From Candidatus Proximibacter danicus (GTDB lineage: Bacteria; Pseudomonadota; Gammaproteobacteria; Burkholderiales; Rhodocyclaceae): a stretch of 64,000 nt of DNA. Both the position numbers and the translations under genes were made by a program. The stretch is taken from positions 181,972-245,971 of the forward strand of contig JADJUC010000002.1 in assembly GCA_016710885.1 (NCBI GenBank), in the 5' to 3' direction. The notes below the pieces were generated by a model. It was not told the origin of the DNA, did no database searches, and saw nothing but the letters and a program-made list of their open reading frames with translations. Shown piece after piece: positions 8,668 through 17,615 of this stretch (its first letter is position 1; each line of letters starts with the position of its first letter).

Positions 8668-10968
8668 ATGACCACCCCCGGCACCACCCCTGCACCTGCG
8701 CTGTCTAGCGCCCAGCTACCCGATCTCTGGCGCGAAAAACTTGGGCATCGTCTTACCGGGCAAGAAAACATCCTCGCCTGGCTCGAAACCGATCTCGATA
8801 GCCGCCTGCATTTCGCCGACGGCCTGGTGGCAATTACCGAAAACCGCCTGTTCGCCTGCGCCCCCGGCGACAGCGAGTGTCGTGAATGGGCGCTGCGCGA
8901 AGGTTTGTCGCTCTCGCACCACGACCATGCAGGTGTCGGCACGCTGGAACTGGTGGACACCTCAGGCCAACTCGCCAGCTGGCGCTTCACGCTCAGCCAG
9001 AACCTCGCCGCGCTGCGTGTGGTCACGCATTTCGAGCAGCAGTTGCAGACCCTCATCACCGGCCAGCCACCGGAAGTCGACGACGACACCGTCTGCCCAA
9101 AATGCAAAGCCCCGCTGCCGCCCGGCGAGGACGAATGCCCGATCTGCGTGCGCGAACTGCACACGCCGCCCTCGACCTGGACGCTGTTCCGCCTGTGGCG
9201 CTTCGCCCACCCCTACCGCTGGCGCCTGCTCACCGGTTTCCTGCTGACGCTGTGTTCGACGGCAGCGACGCTGGTCGCGCCGTACATGACCATGCCGCTG
9301 ATGGACAACATCCTGATCCCGTACCAGAACGGCAAGCCGATCGACCGCGACCTGGTCCTGCTCTACCTCAGCGGCCTGCTCGGCTCGGCGCTGGTGGCCT
9401 GGGGGCTGGGCTGGGCGCGCACCTATATCCTGGCGCTGGTCTCCGAACGGATGGGCGCCGACCTGCGCACCACCACCTACGAACACCTGCTGGCGCTGTC
9501 GCAGGAATACTTCGGCGGCAAGCGCACCGGCGACCTGATGGCGCGCATCGGCTCGGAAACCGACCGCATCAACATCTTCATCTCGCTGCACCTGCTCGAC
9601 TTCGCCACCGACGTGCTGATGATCACCATGACGGCGGTCATCCTGGTCTCGATCAACCCGTGGCTGGCGCTGGTCACCCTGCTGCCGCTGCCGCTGATCG
9701 CCTGGATGATCCACGTCGTGCGCGACAAGCTGCGTACCGGCTTCGAGAAGGTCGACCGCATCTGGGCCGAAGTGACCAACGTGCTCGCCGACACCATCCC
9801 CGGCATCCGCGTGGTCAAGGCCTTCGCGCAGGAAAAGCGCGAGGTCGATCGCTTCCGCGCCGCCAACCAGCACAACCTGCAGGTCAACGACAAGGTCAAT
9901 CGCGTCTGGTCGCTGTTCACGCCGACGGTGACGCTGCTCACCGAGATCGGCCTGCTCGTGGTCTGGGCCTTCGGCATCTGGCAGGTTTCCAAGGACGAGA
10001 TCACGGTCGGCGTGCTGACCGCCTTCCTGGCCTACATCAGCCGCTTCTACACCCGTCTCGATTCGATGAGCCGCATCGTCTCGGTGACGCAGAAGGCCGC
10101 CGCCGGCGCCAAGCGCATCTTCGACATCCTCGACCACGTTTCCAGCGTGCCGGAGCCGGTGAACCCGGTGCACCTGCCGAACGTGAAGGGCCACATCGAG
10201 ATGCGCGACATTGGCTTCCGCCATGGCACGCGCGCTGTCACCCGCAACATGAGCCTGACCATCCAGCCCGGCGAGATGATCGGCCTGGTCGGCCACAGCG
10301 GCTCGGGCAAGAGCACGCTGGTCAACCTGATCTGCCGCTTCTACGACGTGGCCGAAGGCGCCATCCTGATCGACGGCGTCGACATCCGCTCGCTGCCGGT
10401 GGCCGAATACCGCGCCAACATCGGCCTGGTGCTGCAGGAGCCCTTCCTGTTCTTCGGCACCATCGCCGAGAACATCGCCTACGGCAAACCCGAAGCCACC
10501 CGCGCCGAGATCATCGCCGCCGCCCGTTCCGCCAACGCCCACGAATTCATCCTGCGCCTGCCGCACGGCTACGACTCGCTGGTCGGCGAACGCGGCCAGG
10601 CGCTCTCCGGCGGCGAGCGCCAGCGCATCTCGATCGCCCGCGCGCTGCTCATCGACCCGCGCATCCTGATCCTCGACGAAGCCACCTCCTCGGTCGACAC
10701 CACCACCGAGCGCGAAATCCAGAAGGCGCTCGACAACCTGGTCCATGGCCGCACCACCATCGCCATCGCCCACCGCCTGTCCACGCTGCGCCAGGCCAAC
10801 CGGCTGGTGGTGCTCGACCGCGGCAAGATCGTCGAGGTCGGCAACCACGACGAGCTGATGGCGCTGGAAGGCCACTACTACCGCCTGTACATGGCGCAGG
10901 CGCGCAACGTCGATGCCGAGGAACAGCTGCCGCGCTTCAACACCCCGGCCAAGGAGCACTCCGCATGA
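8668..10968 (+). CDS. ABC exporter (fused TMD-NBD) with ~190-aa N-terminal extension containing a zinc ribbon
   Basis: Walker A GHSGSGKST, signature LSGGERQRISIARAL and Walker B ILILDEATS, with six predicted TM helices after residue ~190. The N-terminal region carries CPKCKAPLPPGEDECPIC. Confidence 0.9.
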   Translation: MTTPGTTPAPALSSAQLPDLWREKLGHRLTGQENILAWLETDLDSRLHFADGLVAITENRLFACAPGDSECREWALREGLSLSHHDHAGVGTLELVDTSGQLASWRFTLSQNLAALRVVTHFEQQLQTLITGQPPEVDDDTVCPKCKAPLPPGEDECPICVRELHTPPSTWTLFRLWRFAHPYRWRLLTGFLLTLCSTAATLVAPYMTMPLMDNILIPYQNGKPIDRDLVLLYLSGLLGSALVAWGLGWARTYILALVSERMGADLRTTTYEHLLALSQEYFGGKRTGDLMARIGSETDRINIFISLHLLDFATDVLMITMTAVILVSINPWLALVTLLPLPLIAWMIHVVRDKLRTGFEKVDRIWAEVTNVLADTIPGIRVVKAFAQEKREVDRFRAANQHNLQVNDKVNRVWSLFTPTVTLLTEIGLLVVWAFGIWQVSKDEITVGVLTAFLAYISRFYTRLDSMSRIVSVTQKAAAGAKRIFDILDHVSSVPEPVNPVHLPNVKGHIEMRDIGFRHGTRAVTRNMSLTIQPGEMIGLVGHSGSGKSTLVNLICRFYDVAEGAILIDGVDIRSLPVAEYRANIGLVLQEPFLFFGTIAENIAYGKPEATRAEIIAAARSANAHEFILRLPHGYDSLVGERGQALSGGERQRISIARALLIDPRILILDEATSSVDTTTEREIQKALDNLVHGRTTIAIAHRLSTLRQANRLVVLDRGKIVEVGNHDELMALEGHYYRLYMAQARNVDAEEQLPRFNTPAKEHSA

Positions 10969-11444
10969 GCGCCGCCAATTTTCAAAACTTCCAGTTGATC
11001 CGCAATCCGTTCGGTCGGCTGGTCTTCACCGGTGCTGACGGTGAAGCGCACGAAGGCGTTGTTCCCGTGCGCGCCTTCCCCATCGGTGCGCCCGACGAAG
11101 GCATTGCCCTGGTTAACAGCGAAGGCCACGAACTGCTGTGGATAGACCGCGTCGAAGATCTGCCGGAAAATGTTGCGGCGCTGGTGCAGGCAGAGCTCGC
11201 CAGCCGCGAGTTCGTACCCGAAATCAAGCGCATCCGCAGCGTCTCCAGCTTCGCCTGCCCAAGCACTTGGGAACTCGATACCGACCGTGGCGACGCCCGG
11301 CTGGTGTTGAAGGGCGAGGAAGACATCCGCCGCCTGGACCGCGAAAAGTTGCTGATCGCCGACACCCACGGCATCCAGTTCCTGGTCCGCGACATCCAGG
11401 CCCTGGATCGCGCCAGCCGCAAGATCCTCGACCGCTTCCTGTAA
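10965..11444 (+). CDS. DUF1854-family protein
   Basis: MSAANFQNFQLIRNPFGRLVFTGADGEAHEGVVPVRAFPI... Its ATG overlaps the ABC stop (ATGA). It appears in the track only as the tail of the out-of-frame 8886..11444 ORF. The family assignment is from memory of DUF1854 proteins encoded next to ABC and cphA genes. Confidence 0.7.
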   Translation: MSAANFQNFQLIRNPFGRLVFTGADGEAHEGVVPVRAFPIGAPDEGIALVNSEGHELLWIDRVEDLPENVAALVQAELASREFVPEIKRIRSVSSFACPSTWELDTDRGDARLVLKGEEDIRRLDREKLLIADTHGIQFLVRDIQALDRASRKILDRFL

Positions 11445-11523
11445 ACTAAAGTGCTGCCACCGCGTTAAAAGACCAAGCCCCAAGCCCACCACCCGCAGAA
11501 TTACACCTAAAACGCACCCGACC

Positions 11524-13697
11524 ATGACCCATAAAGACATCGTTTTCCGCAAGATCGTGCCCCTGCGCGGTCCGAACATCTGGACCTACCGCCCGGTGCT
11601 GGAAGCTTGGGTCGATATCGGCGAACTCGAGGACTTCCCGTCGAACAAGATCCCCGGCTACTACGAGCGCCTCTCGGCGATGCTGCCCTCGCTGATCGAG
11701 CACCGCTGCAGCTACGAAGAGCGCGGCGGTTTCCTGCGCCGGGTCGAGGAAGGAACCTGGCCAGCGCACATCCTCGAACACGTCACGCTGGAACTGCAGA
11801 ACCTGGCTGGCCTGCCCGGCGGTTTCGGCAAGGCACGCGAGATGTCGGAGCGTGGCGTCTACAAGGTCATCGTTCGTGCCTGGCAGGAAGACGTCACCCG
11901 CGCTGCGCTCTCGGAAGCGCGCGAGCTGATCATGGCGGCGATGGAAGACCGCCCCTTCGATGTCGATGCTGCCATCGAGCGCCTCTCCGACATGGTCGAC
12001 TCGCTGTGCCTTGGCCCGTCGACCGCCAGCATCGTCGATGCCGCCGACGACCGCGACATCCCGGCGATCCGCCTGCTCGACGACGGCAACCTGGTCCAGA
12101 TCGGCTACGGCGCCGCCATGCGCCGCATCTGGACTGCCGAAACCGATCGCACCAGCGCCATCGCCGAAGGCATTTCGCGCGACAAGGATCTGACTAAGTC
12201 GCTGCTGCAGTCCTGCGGCGTGCCGATCCCGGAAGGCCGGGCTGTCGACAGCCCGGAAGATGCCTGGGATGCCGCCGAGGACATTGGCCTGCCGGTCGTC
12301 GTCAAGCCGGTCGATGGCAACCACGGCCGTGGCGTCTTCATCGACCTGAAGACCAGGGAAGAAGTCGAAATGGCCTACAAGGTCGCGGTCGATGAAGGCA
12401 GCGGCGTGCTGGTCGAACGTTCGATCCCCGGCACCGAACACCGCCTGCTGGTCATCGGCGGCAAGCTGGTTGCCGCCAACCGTGGCGACATGGTGGTGGT
12501 CAAGGGCGACGGCAAATCGACGGTGCGCGAACTGCTCGACATCCAGATCAACTGCGACCCGCGCCGCGGGCCGACCGAGAAGCATCCGCTGTCGATCATC
12601 CGTATCGACTCCGCCGCCCGCATCGAACTCGGGCGCCAGGGGCTGGAAGCGGACTCCGTTCCGGCCGAAGGCCGCGAAGTGCTGGTCCAGCGCAACGCCA
12701 ACCACGCCTTCGACGTCACCGACGAAGTGCATCCGGAAACCGCTGCCGCCGCTTCGCTGGCGGCGCGCATCGTCGGGCTGGACATCGCCGGCATCGACCT
12801 CGTGGCGCTTGATATCTCGAAGCCGCTGGCGGAACAGGGCGGCGCCATCGTCGAGGTGAATGCCGGCCCCAGCCTGCTGATGCACCTGAAGCCTGGCGTC
12901 GGCAAGCCGCGCCCGGTCGGCAAGGCCATCGTCGAACACCTCTTCCCGAACAACACCAGCGGCCGCATTCCGGTCGTCGGCGTCACCGGCACCAAGGGCA
13001 AGACCTCGGTCGCCCGCCTGCTTGGCCACCTGCTGCAACTGACCGGCAAGCATGTCGGCGTGGCCTGCAGCGACGGCCTGTTCCTCGGCCGCCGCCAGGT
13101 CGAAACGCGCAACAGCGCCAACTGGAAATCGGCCCGCCGCCTGTTGATGGCGCGCGCCGTCGAAGCTGCGGTGTTCGAAAACGGCGCCGGCACCATCCTC
13201 GGCGAAGGCCTGGCCTACGACCGCTGCCAGGTCGGCGTGGTCACCAACCTCAGCGATGCCGAAGACCTCTCGGTCTACGACGTGCATGACACCGACAAGG
13301 CCTACACCGCGCTACGCACGCAGATCGACGTGGTCCTGAAAAGTGGCGCTTCGGTCCTCAACGCGGCCGATCCCGCATCGCCAAGATGGCCGAGCTGTCC
13401 GATGGCGAAGTGATCTTCTTCGGCATCGACCCCGACCTGCCGGTGCTCGCCGAGCATCGCGCCAAGGAAGGCCGCAGTGTCTATGTGCGCGACGGTTACC
13501 TGACGCTGGCCATGGGCGACGACGAAGAACCGCTGGTCGATATCGCCATGCTGACCGTGACCCCGGCCGGCTGCCCGGCATACCAGATCGAGAACCTGCT
13601 CGCCGCCGTTGCCGCAGCCTGGGCGCTCGACCTGCCGGCCGACATGATCCGCACCGGCGTGCTGACCTACGAGCTGGACGAAGCCGTCAGCGCCTGA
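11524..13697 (+). pseudogene. short divergent cyanophycin synthetase paralog, interrupted by a -1 frameshift as sequenced
   Basis: It has ATP-grasp and Mur-ligase (GVTGTKGKTS) regions. The frame switches at the CCC run 13372-13374: VLNAADP in frame 1 continues as RIAKMAELSDGEVIFF in ORF 13386..13697. Confidence 0.85.
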
Positions 13698-13749
13698 GCG
13701 TCGCTGACACGAATTCATCGAACAAAGACCAAGACAGGAATACACGCAA

Positions 13750-16700
13750 ATGGAAGTTTCCCGCACCCGGGCGCTGCGCGGCCCCAACCTGTGGAGCCGA
13801 CATACGGCCATCGAAGCCATCGTCGCCTGTAGCGAAAGCGAGCGCTCGATCACCCAGCTGGCCGGTTTCGAAACCCGCCTGCGCGCACGCTTCCCGGAAA
13901 TCGGCCTGCCGACGACGCTGGAAGGCAAGCTCTTCTCGCTGGCGCATACGCTGGAAGCCGCAGCACTTGGCCTGCAGTCGCGCGCTGGCTGCCCGGTGAC
14001 CTTCAGCCGCACCAGCGAAACGGTCGAAACCGGCACCTATCAGGTGGTGGTCGAATACTCGGAAGAACCGGTCGGCCGGCTGGCTTTCGAACTGGCTGAA
14101 GCGCTGGTTCGCGCCGCGCTAGACGATACGCCTTTTGATCTCGCCGACGCCCTCTTCCGGCTCAAGGACCTCGACGGCGACATCCGGCTCGGCCCCTCGA
14201 CCGGCGCCATCGTGCAGGCCGCCGTCGCCCGCGGCATTCCCTACCGCCGACTGACCGAAGGCAGCCTCGTCCAGCTTGGCTGGGGCAGCCGCCAGCGCCG
14301 CATTCAGGCGGCCGAAACCGACCTCTCCAGCGCCATCGCCGAGTCGATTGCACAGGACAAGGAACTGACCAAGCAGCTGCTGCACGCCGCCGGCGTTGCC
14401 GTGCCGATGGGCCGCCCGGTCAGTGATGCCGATGACGCCTGGGCCGCTGCGCAGGAAATCGGCGGCGCCGTGGTCGTCAAGCCGCAGGACGGCAACCAGG
14501 GCAAGGGCATCACCGTCAACATTACCGGCCGCGAAGAAGTCATGGCCGCCTACGCCGCCGCCCGCGACCACCGCCGCAACGTGCTGGTCGAACGCTATCT
14601 GCCCGGCCACGACTACCGTTTCCTGGTCATCGGCAAGACCCTGATCGCTGCCGCCCGCCGCGAGCCGCCGCAGGTCTTCGGCGACGGCGTGCACACCGTG
14701 CGCCAGCTGGTCGAGCAGGTGAATGCCGACCCGCGCCGTGGCGTTGGTCACGAATCCTCGATGACCAAGATCCGTTTCGACGAAATCGCCCTCGCCCGCC
14801 TCGCCAAGCAGGGCTACAGCGCCGACACCGTGCCGGCCCAGGGCCAGCGCGTCGTGCTGCGCAACAACGCCAACCTGTCCACCGGCGGCTCGGCCACCGA
14901 CGTCACCGACGACGTGCACCCGGAGCTGGCCGCCTGCGCCATCGCCGCCGCACAGACCATCGGCCTCGACATCGCCGGCATCGACGTCGTCTGCGAAACC
15001 GTGCAGCAGCCGCTCGAAGCGCAAGGCGGCGGCATCGTCGAAGTCAACGCCGCGCCCGGCCTGCGCATGCACCTCGCGCCGTCCTTCGGCAAGGGCCGCC
15101 CGGTCGGCGAAGCCATCATTTCGATGATGTACGAAGACCCCACCGATGACGGCCGCATTCCCATCGTCGCCGTCGCCGGCACCAACGGCAAGACCACCAC
15201 CGTGCGCCTGATCGCGCATCTGCTCACGGTCAGCGGCCTGCGCACCGGCTTCACCGGTACCGACGGCGTCTATATCGAACGCACCCGAATCGACACCGGC
15301 GACTGCAGCGGCCCGCGCAGCGCACGCAACGTGCTGCTGCACCCGGACGTCGATGCCGCCGTTTTCGAAACCGCCCGTGGCGGCGTGCTGCGCGAAGGTC
15401 TCGGCTTTGACCGCTGCGATGTGGCGGTGGTCACCAACATCGGCATCGGCGACCACCTCGGCCTCAACTACATCAGCACCGTCGACGATCTGGCCGTGGT
15501 CAAGCGCGTGATCGTCGACAACGTAGCGCCGGAAGGTGCTGCCGTGCTCAACGCGGCCGACCCGATGGTGGTCAAGATGGCCGGCCATTGCCCCGGCTCG
15601 GTGATCTTCTTCGCGCTCGACCGGAGCAACCCGGTCATGTCGCGCCATCGTGCGCTCGGCAAGCGGATGGTCTATGTCGAGAACGGCGCCATCGTCGCGG
15701 CACAGGGCAACACCGAACACCGCGTGCCGCTGGAAGCGATTCCGCTGACGCGTGGCGGCAGCATCGGCTTCCAGGTCGAGAACGCGATGGCCGCCACCGC
15801 CGCCGGCTGGGCGCTCGACCTCGACTGGGAAAGCATCCGCGCCGGCCTCGGCTCCTTCGTTGCCGACGCCACCACCGCCCCCGGCCGCTTCAACCTGTTC
15901 AACTACAAGGGCGCCACGCTGATCGCCGACTACGGCCACAACCCGGATGCCATCCAGGCGCTGGTCAAGGCCATCGAAACCATGCCGGCCAAGCGCCGCT
16001 CGGTGGTCATCAGCGGCGCCGGCGACCGCCGCGACGAAGACATCCGCCAGCAGACGCAGATTCTCGGCGACGCCTTCGACGAAGTGATCCTCTACGAAGA
16101 CGCCTGCACCCGCGGCCGCGACGAAGGTGAAACCATCGGCCTGCTGCGTGCAGGCCTGGCTGGCGCCAAGCGCACCGGCTCGGTCGACGAGATCAAGGGC
16201 GAGTTCGTTGCCATCGATACGGCCCTCGGCCGGCTCGGCTCCGGCGACCTGTGCCTGATCCTCATCGATCAGGTGGAAGTCAGCATGGCTGCACAGGTCG
16301 CGGCATACAGCCGCGGCTGCGCTTCACGGTCGGCAAGCGCAAACAGATGGAGCGCGCCCCAGCTGACAAGCAGGCCGATCAGCAACGGGATGCCGATCAG
16401 TTGCAGCTCGGTGGCCGAAAGTTCGCCGAGGCGCCCTTGCTGCACCGGTACGGCGGTGAACATGCCGAAGGTCCAGAAGAGGCCAAGGGCGCCGAGGGCT
16501 ACCAAGGTGGCCACTGCGCGGGTGATCCATTTTTCCATTCGAGATTCCTGGGGAAGTTTGGCTAATGCGGCCAGCGCGACCAAGGCGCCCGGCCCGGCCT
16601 GTTCAGCCGGCAATGCGCAAACCGGTTTTCTTGAGTATCCGGGTCGAGAAGAGGACGTCGTGGCTGCGGCAGGCCGCGCCCAGCAGACTGCGGATTTCGG

Positions 16701-17169
16701 CAACCTTGGTCAGCACTTCCTCGCGCGAACTGCCGTGAACCATGGCAAAGAGGTTGTACGGCCAGGCCGGCAGTGCACGCGGCCGGTGGTAGCAATGGGT
16801 CACAGAATCAAGGGCGCCGACCTGGCCGCCCAGCGTGTCGACCAGCTCATCCGGCACATCCCATACGCTCATGCCGTTGGCGGTGTAGCCGATGGCATAG
16901 TGGTTGGGCACGGCGCCGATGCGGCGGATCTTGCCGCGCTCCAGCATGGCCTGCATGCGCGCCATCACCACATCCGGAGTAACGCCAAGCTGTTCGGCCA
17001 GCGCATGATACGGCTGAGCCACCAGCGGCAGCCCGGCCTGCGTGGCGACGATCAGGCGTCGGTCCAGATCTTCCGCTTCGTTCGCGTTGTCCATTTCCGC
17101 GTTCATGCCGCGCTCCGGACCGACAGCTTCATTTCGACGAAGTATTCCTTGAGCTTGGGGAAGGGATAA
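13750..17169 (+). CDS. cphA: cyanophycin synthetase; CphA-like part ends near 16290, no in-frame stop until 17169
   Basis: Full ATP-grasp (NANLSTGGSATDVTD) and Mur-ligase (AGTNGKTTT ... GHNPDA ... LILIDQVE) architecture. The last ~290 codons are antisense to the small membrane protein gene, nirH and nirG, and look non-native. Confidence 0.85.
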   Translation: MEVSRTRALRGPNLWSRHTAIEAIVACSESERSITQLAGFETRLRARFPEIGLPTTLEGKLFSLAHTLEAAALGLQSRAGCPVTFSRTSETVETGTYQVVVEYSEEPVGRLAFELAEALVRAALDDTPFDLADALFRLKDLDGDIRLGPSTGAIVQAAVARGIPYRRLTEGSLVQLGWGSRQRRIQAAETDLSSAIAESIAQDKELTKQLLHAAGVAVPMGRPVSDADDAWAAAQEIGGAVVVKPQDGNQGKGITVNITGREEVMAAYAAARDHRRNVLVERYLPGHDYRFLVIGKTLIAAARREPPQVFGDGVHTVRQLVEQVNADPRRGVGHESSMTKIRFDEIALARLAKQGYSADTVPAQGQRVVLRNNANLSTGGSATDVTDDVHPELAACAIAAAQTIGLDIAGIDVVCETVQQPLEAQGGGIVEVNAAPGLRMHLAPSFGKGRPVGEAIISMMYEDPTDDGRIPIVAVAGTNGKTTTVRLIAHLLTVSGLRTGFTGTDGVYIERTRIDTGDCSGPRSARNVLLHPDVDAAVFETARGGVLREGLGFDRCDVAVVTNIGIGDHLGLNYISTVDDLAVVKRVIVDNVAPEGAAVLNAADPMVVKMAGHCPGSVIFFALDRSNPVMSRHRALGKRMVYVENGAIVAAQGNTEHRVPLEAIPLTRGGSIGFQVENAMAATAAGWALDLDWESIRAGLGSFVADATTAPGRFNLFNYKGATLIADYGHNPDAIQALVKAIETMPAKRRSVVISGAGDRRDEDIRQQTQILGDAFDEVILYEDACTRGRDEGETIGLLRAGLAGAKRTGSVDEIKGEFVAIDTALGRLGSGDLCLILIDQVEVSMAAQVAAYSRGCASRSASANRWSAPQLTSRPISNGMPISCSSVAESSPRRPCCTGTAVNMPKVQKRPRAPRATKVATARVIHFSIRDSWGSLANAASATKAPGPACSAGNAQTGFLEYPGREEDVVAAAGRAQQTADFGNLGQHFLARTAVNHGKEVVRPGRQCTRPVVAMGHRIKGADLAAQRVDQLIRHIPYAHAVGGVADGIVVGHGADAADLAALQHGLHARHHHIRSNAKLFGQRMIRLSHQRQPGLRGDDQASVQIFRFVRVVHFRVHAALRTDSFISTKYSLSLGKG
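16269..16538 (-). CDS. small two-TM membrane protein downstream of nirH
   Basis: MEKWITRAVATLVALGALGLFWTFGMF...LQLIGIPLLIGLLVSWGALHLF. AGGAA lies 7 nt before ATG 16538, third codon positions are GC-rich, and the gene starts 64 nt after the nirH stop. Confidence 0.55.
   Translation of the reverse strand: MEKWITRAVATLVALGALGLFWTFGMFTAVPVQQGRLGELSATELQLIGIPLLIGLLVSWGALHLFALADREAQPRLYAATCAAMLTST
16603..17106 (-). CDS. nirH: heme d1 biosynthesis protein NirH (AsnC-like siroheme decarboxylase subunit)
   Basis: Lrp/AsnC-like N-terminus, ...HCYHRPRALPAWPYNLFAMVHG, and an ATGA overlap with nirG. Confidence 0.8.
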   Translation of the reverse strand: MNAEMDNANEAEDLDRRLIVATQAGLPLVAQPYHALAEQLGVTPDVVMARMQAMLERGKIRRIGAVPNHYAIGYTANGMSVWDVPDELVDTLGGQVGALDSVTHCYHRPRALPAWPYNLFAMVHGSSREEVLTKVAEIRSLLGAACRSHDVLFSTRILKKTGLRIAG

Positions 17170-17615
17170 ACGGGCAAACCCGTTGCCGCTTCAATCCTGG
17201 CGACGGTTGCCGGAATGCCGTCCTTCGTTTCGGTGGCCAGCACGAACCACATGTTGAGCGGCGTGTTCAGATCACTTTCACGGCGGTAGTTGTGCGCCAC
17301 TTCCGGCAATGCGTTGACGGCAGCATTGACCCGCTCCCAGTCGGATTCCGGTACGGCCATGGCGGCCAGCACGAAGGCGCCGCCCATGCGTTCGATCTGG
17401 AACATCGGGCCGAAGCGAGTGAGCACTTTCCGTTCAAGCATCGCTTGCAGGCGGGAGAGCAGTTCGTCTTCGCCGATACCGAGCTTTTCGGCAGCAGCGG
17501 CATAGGGGCGCTCACAAATCGGGAAATCGCCCTGCAGGGCATCGATGATGCGGCGATCAACCATATCGATTTCCGCAATTTCCGGCGCCTTGCCGACGCC
17601 TTGCCCCTCACGCAT
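17103..17615 (-). CDS. nirG: heme d1 biosynthesis protein NirG
   Basis: DRRIIDALQGDFPICERPY...EVAHNYRRE...NMWFVLAT. The start could instead be the internal ATG at 17564. Confidence 0.8.
   Translation of the reverse strand: MREGQGVGKAPEIAEIDMVDRRIIDALQGDFPICERPYAAAAEKLGIGEDELLSRLQAMLERKVLTRFGPMFQIERMGGAFVLAAMAVPESDWERVNAAVNALPEVAHNYRRESDLNTPLNMWFVLATETKDGIPATVARIEAATGLPVYPFPKLKEYFVEMKLSVRSAA

Noticed and set aside
8886-11444. 852-aa ORF overlapping the ABC transporter
   Set aside because: It is out of frame with the ABC gene and is Pro/Arg/Gly-rich nonsense for ~690 codons. Only its last 159 codons, from ATG 10965, are a real gene (DUF1854).
8962-15939. Long minus-strand ORFs 8962..10959, 11446..13287 and 14119..15939
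   Set aside because: These are antisense shadows of the ABC and cphA genes, with typical high-GC open frames and no recognisable motifs.
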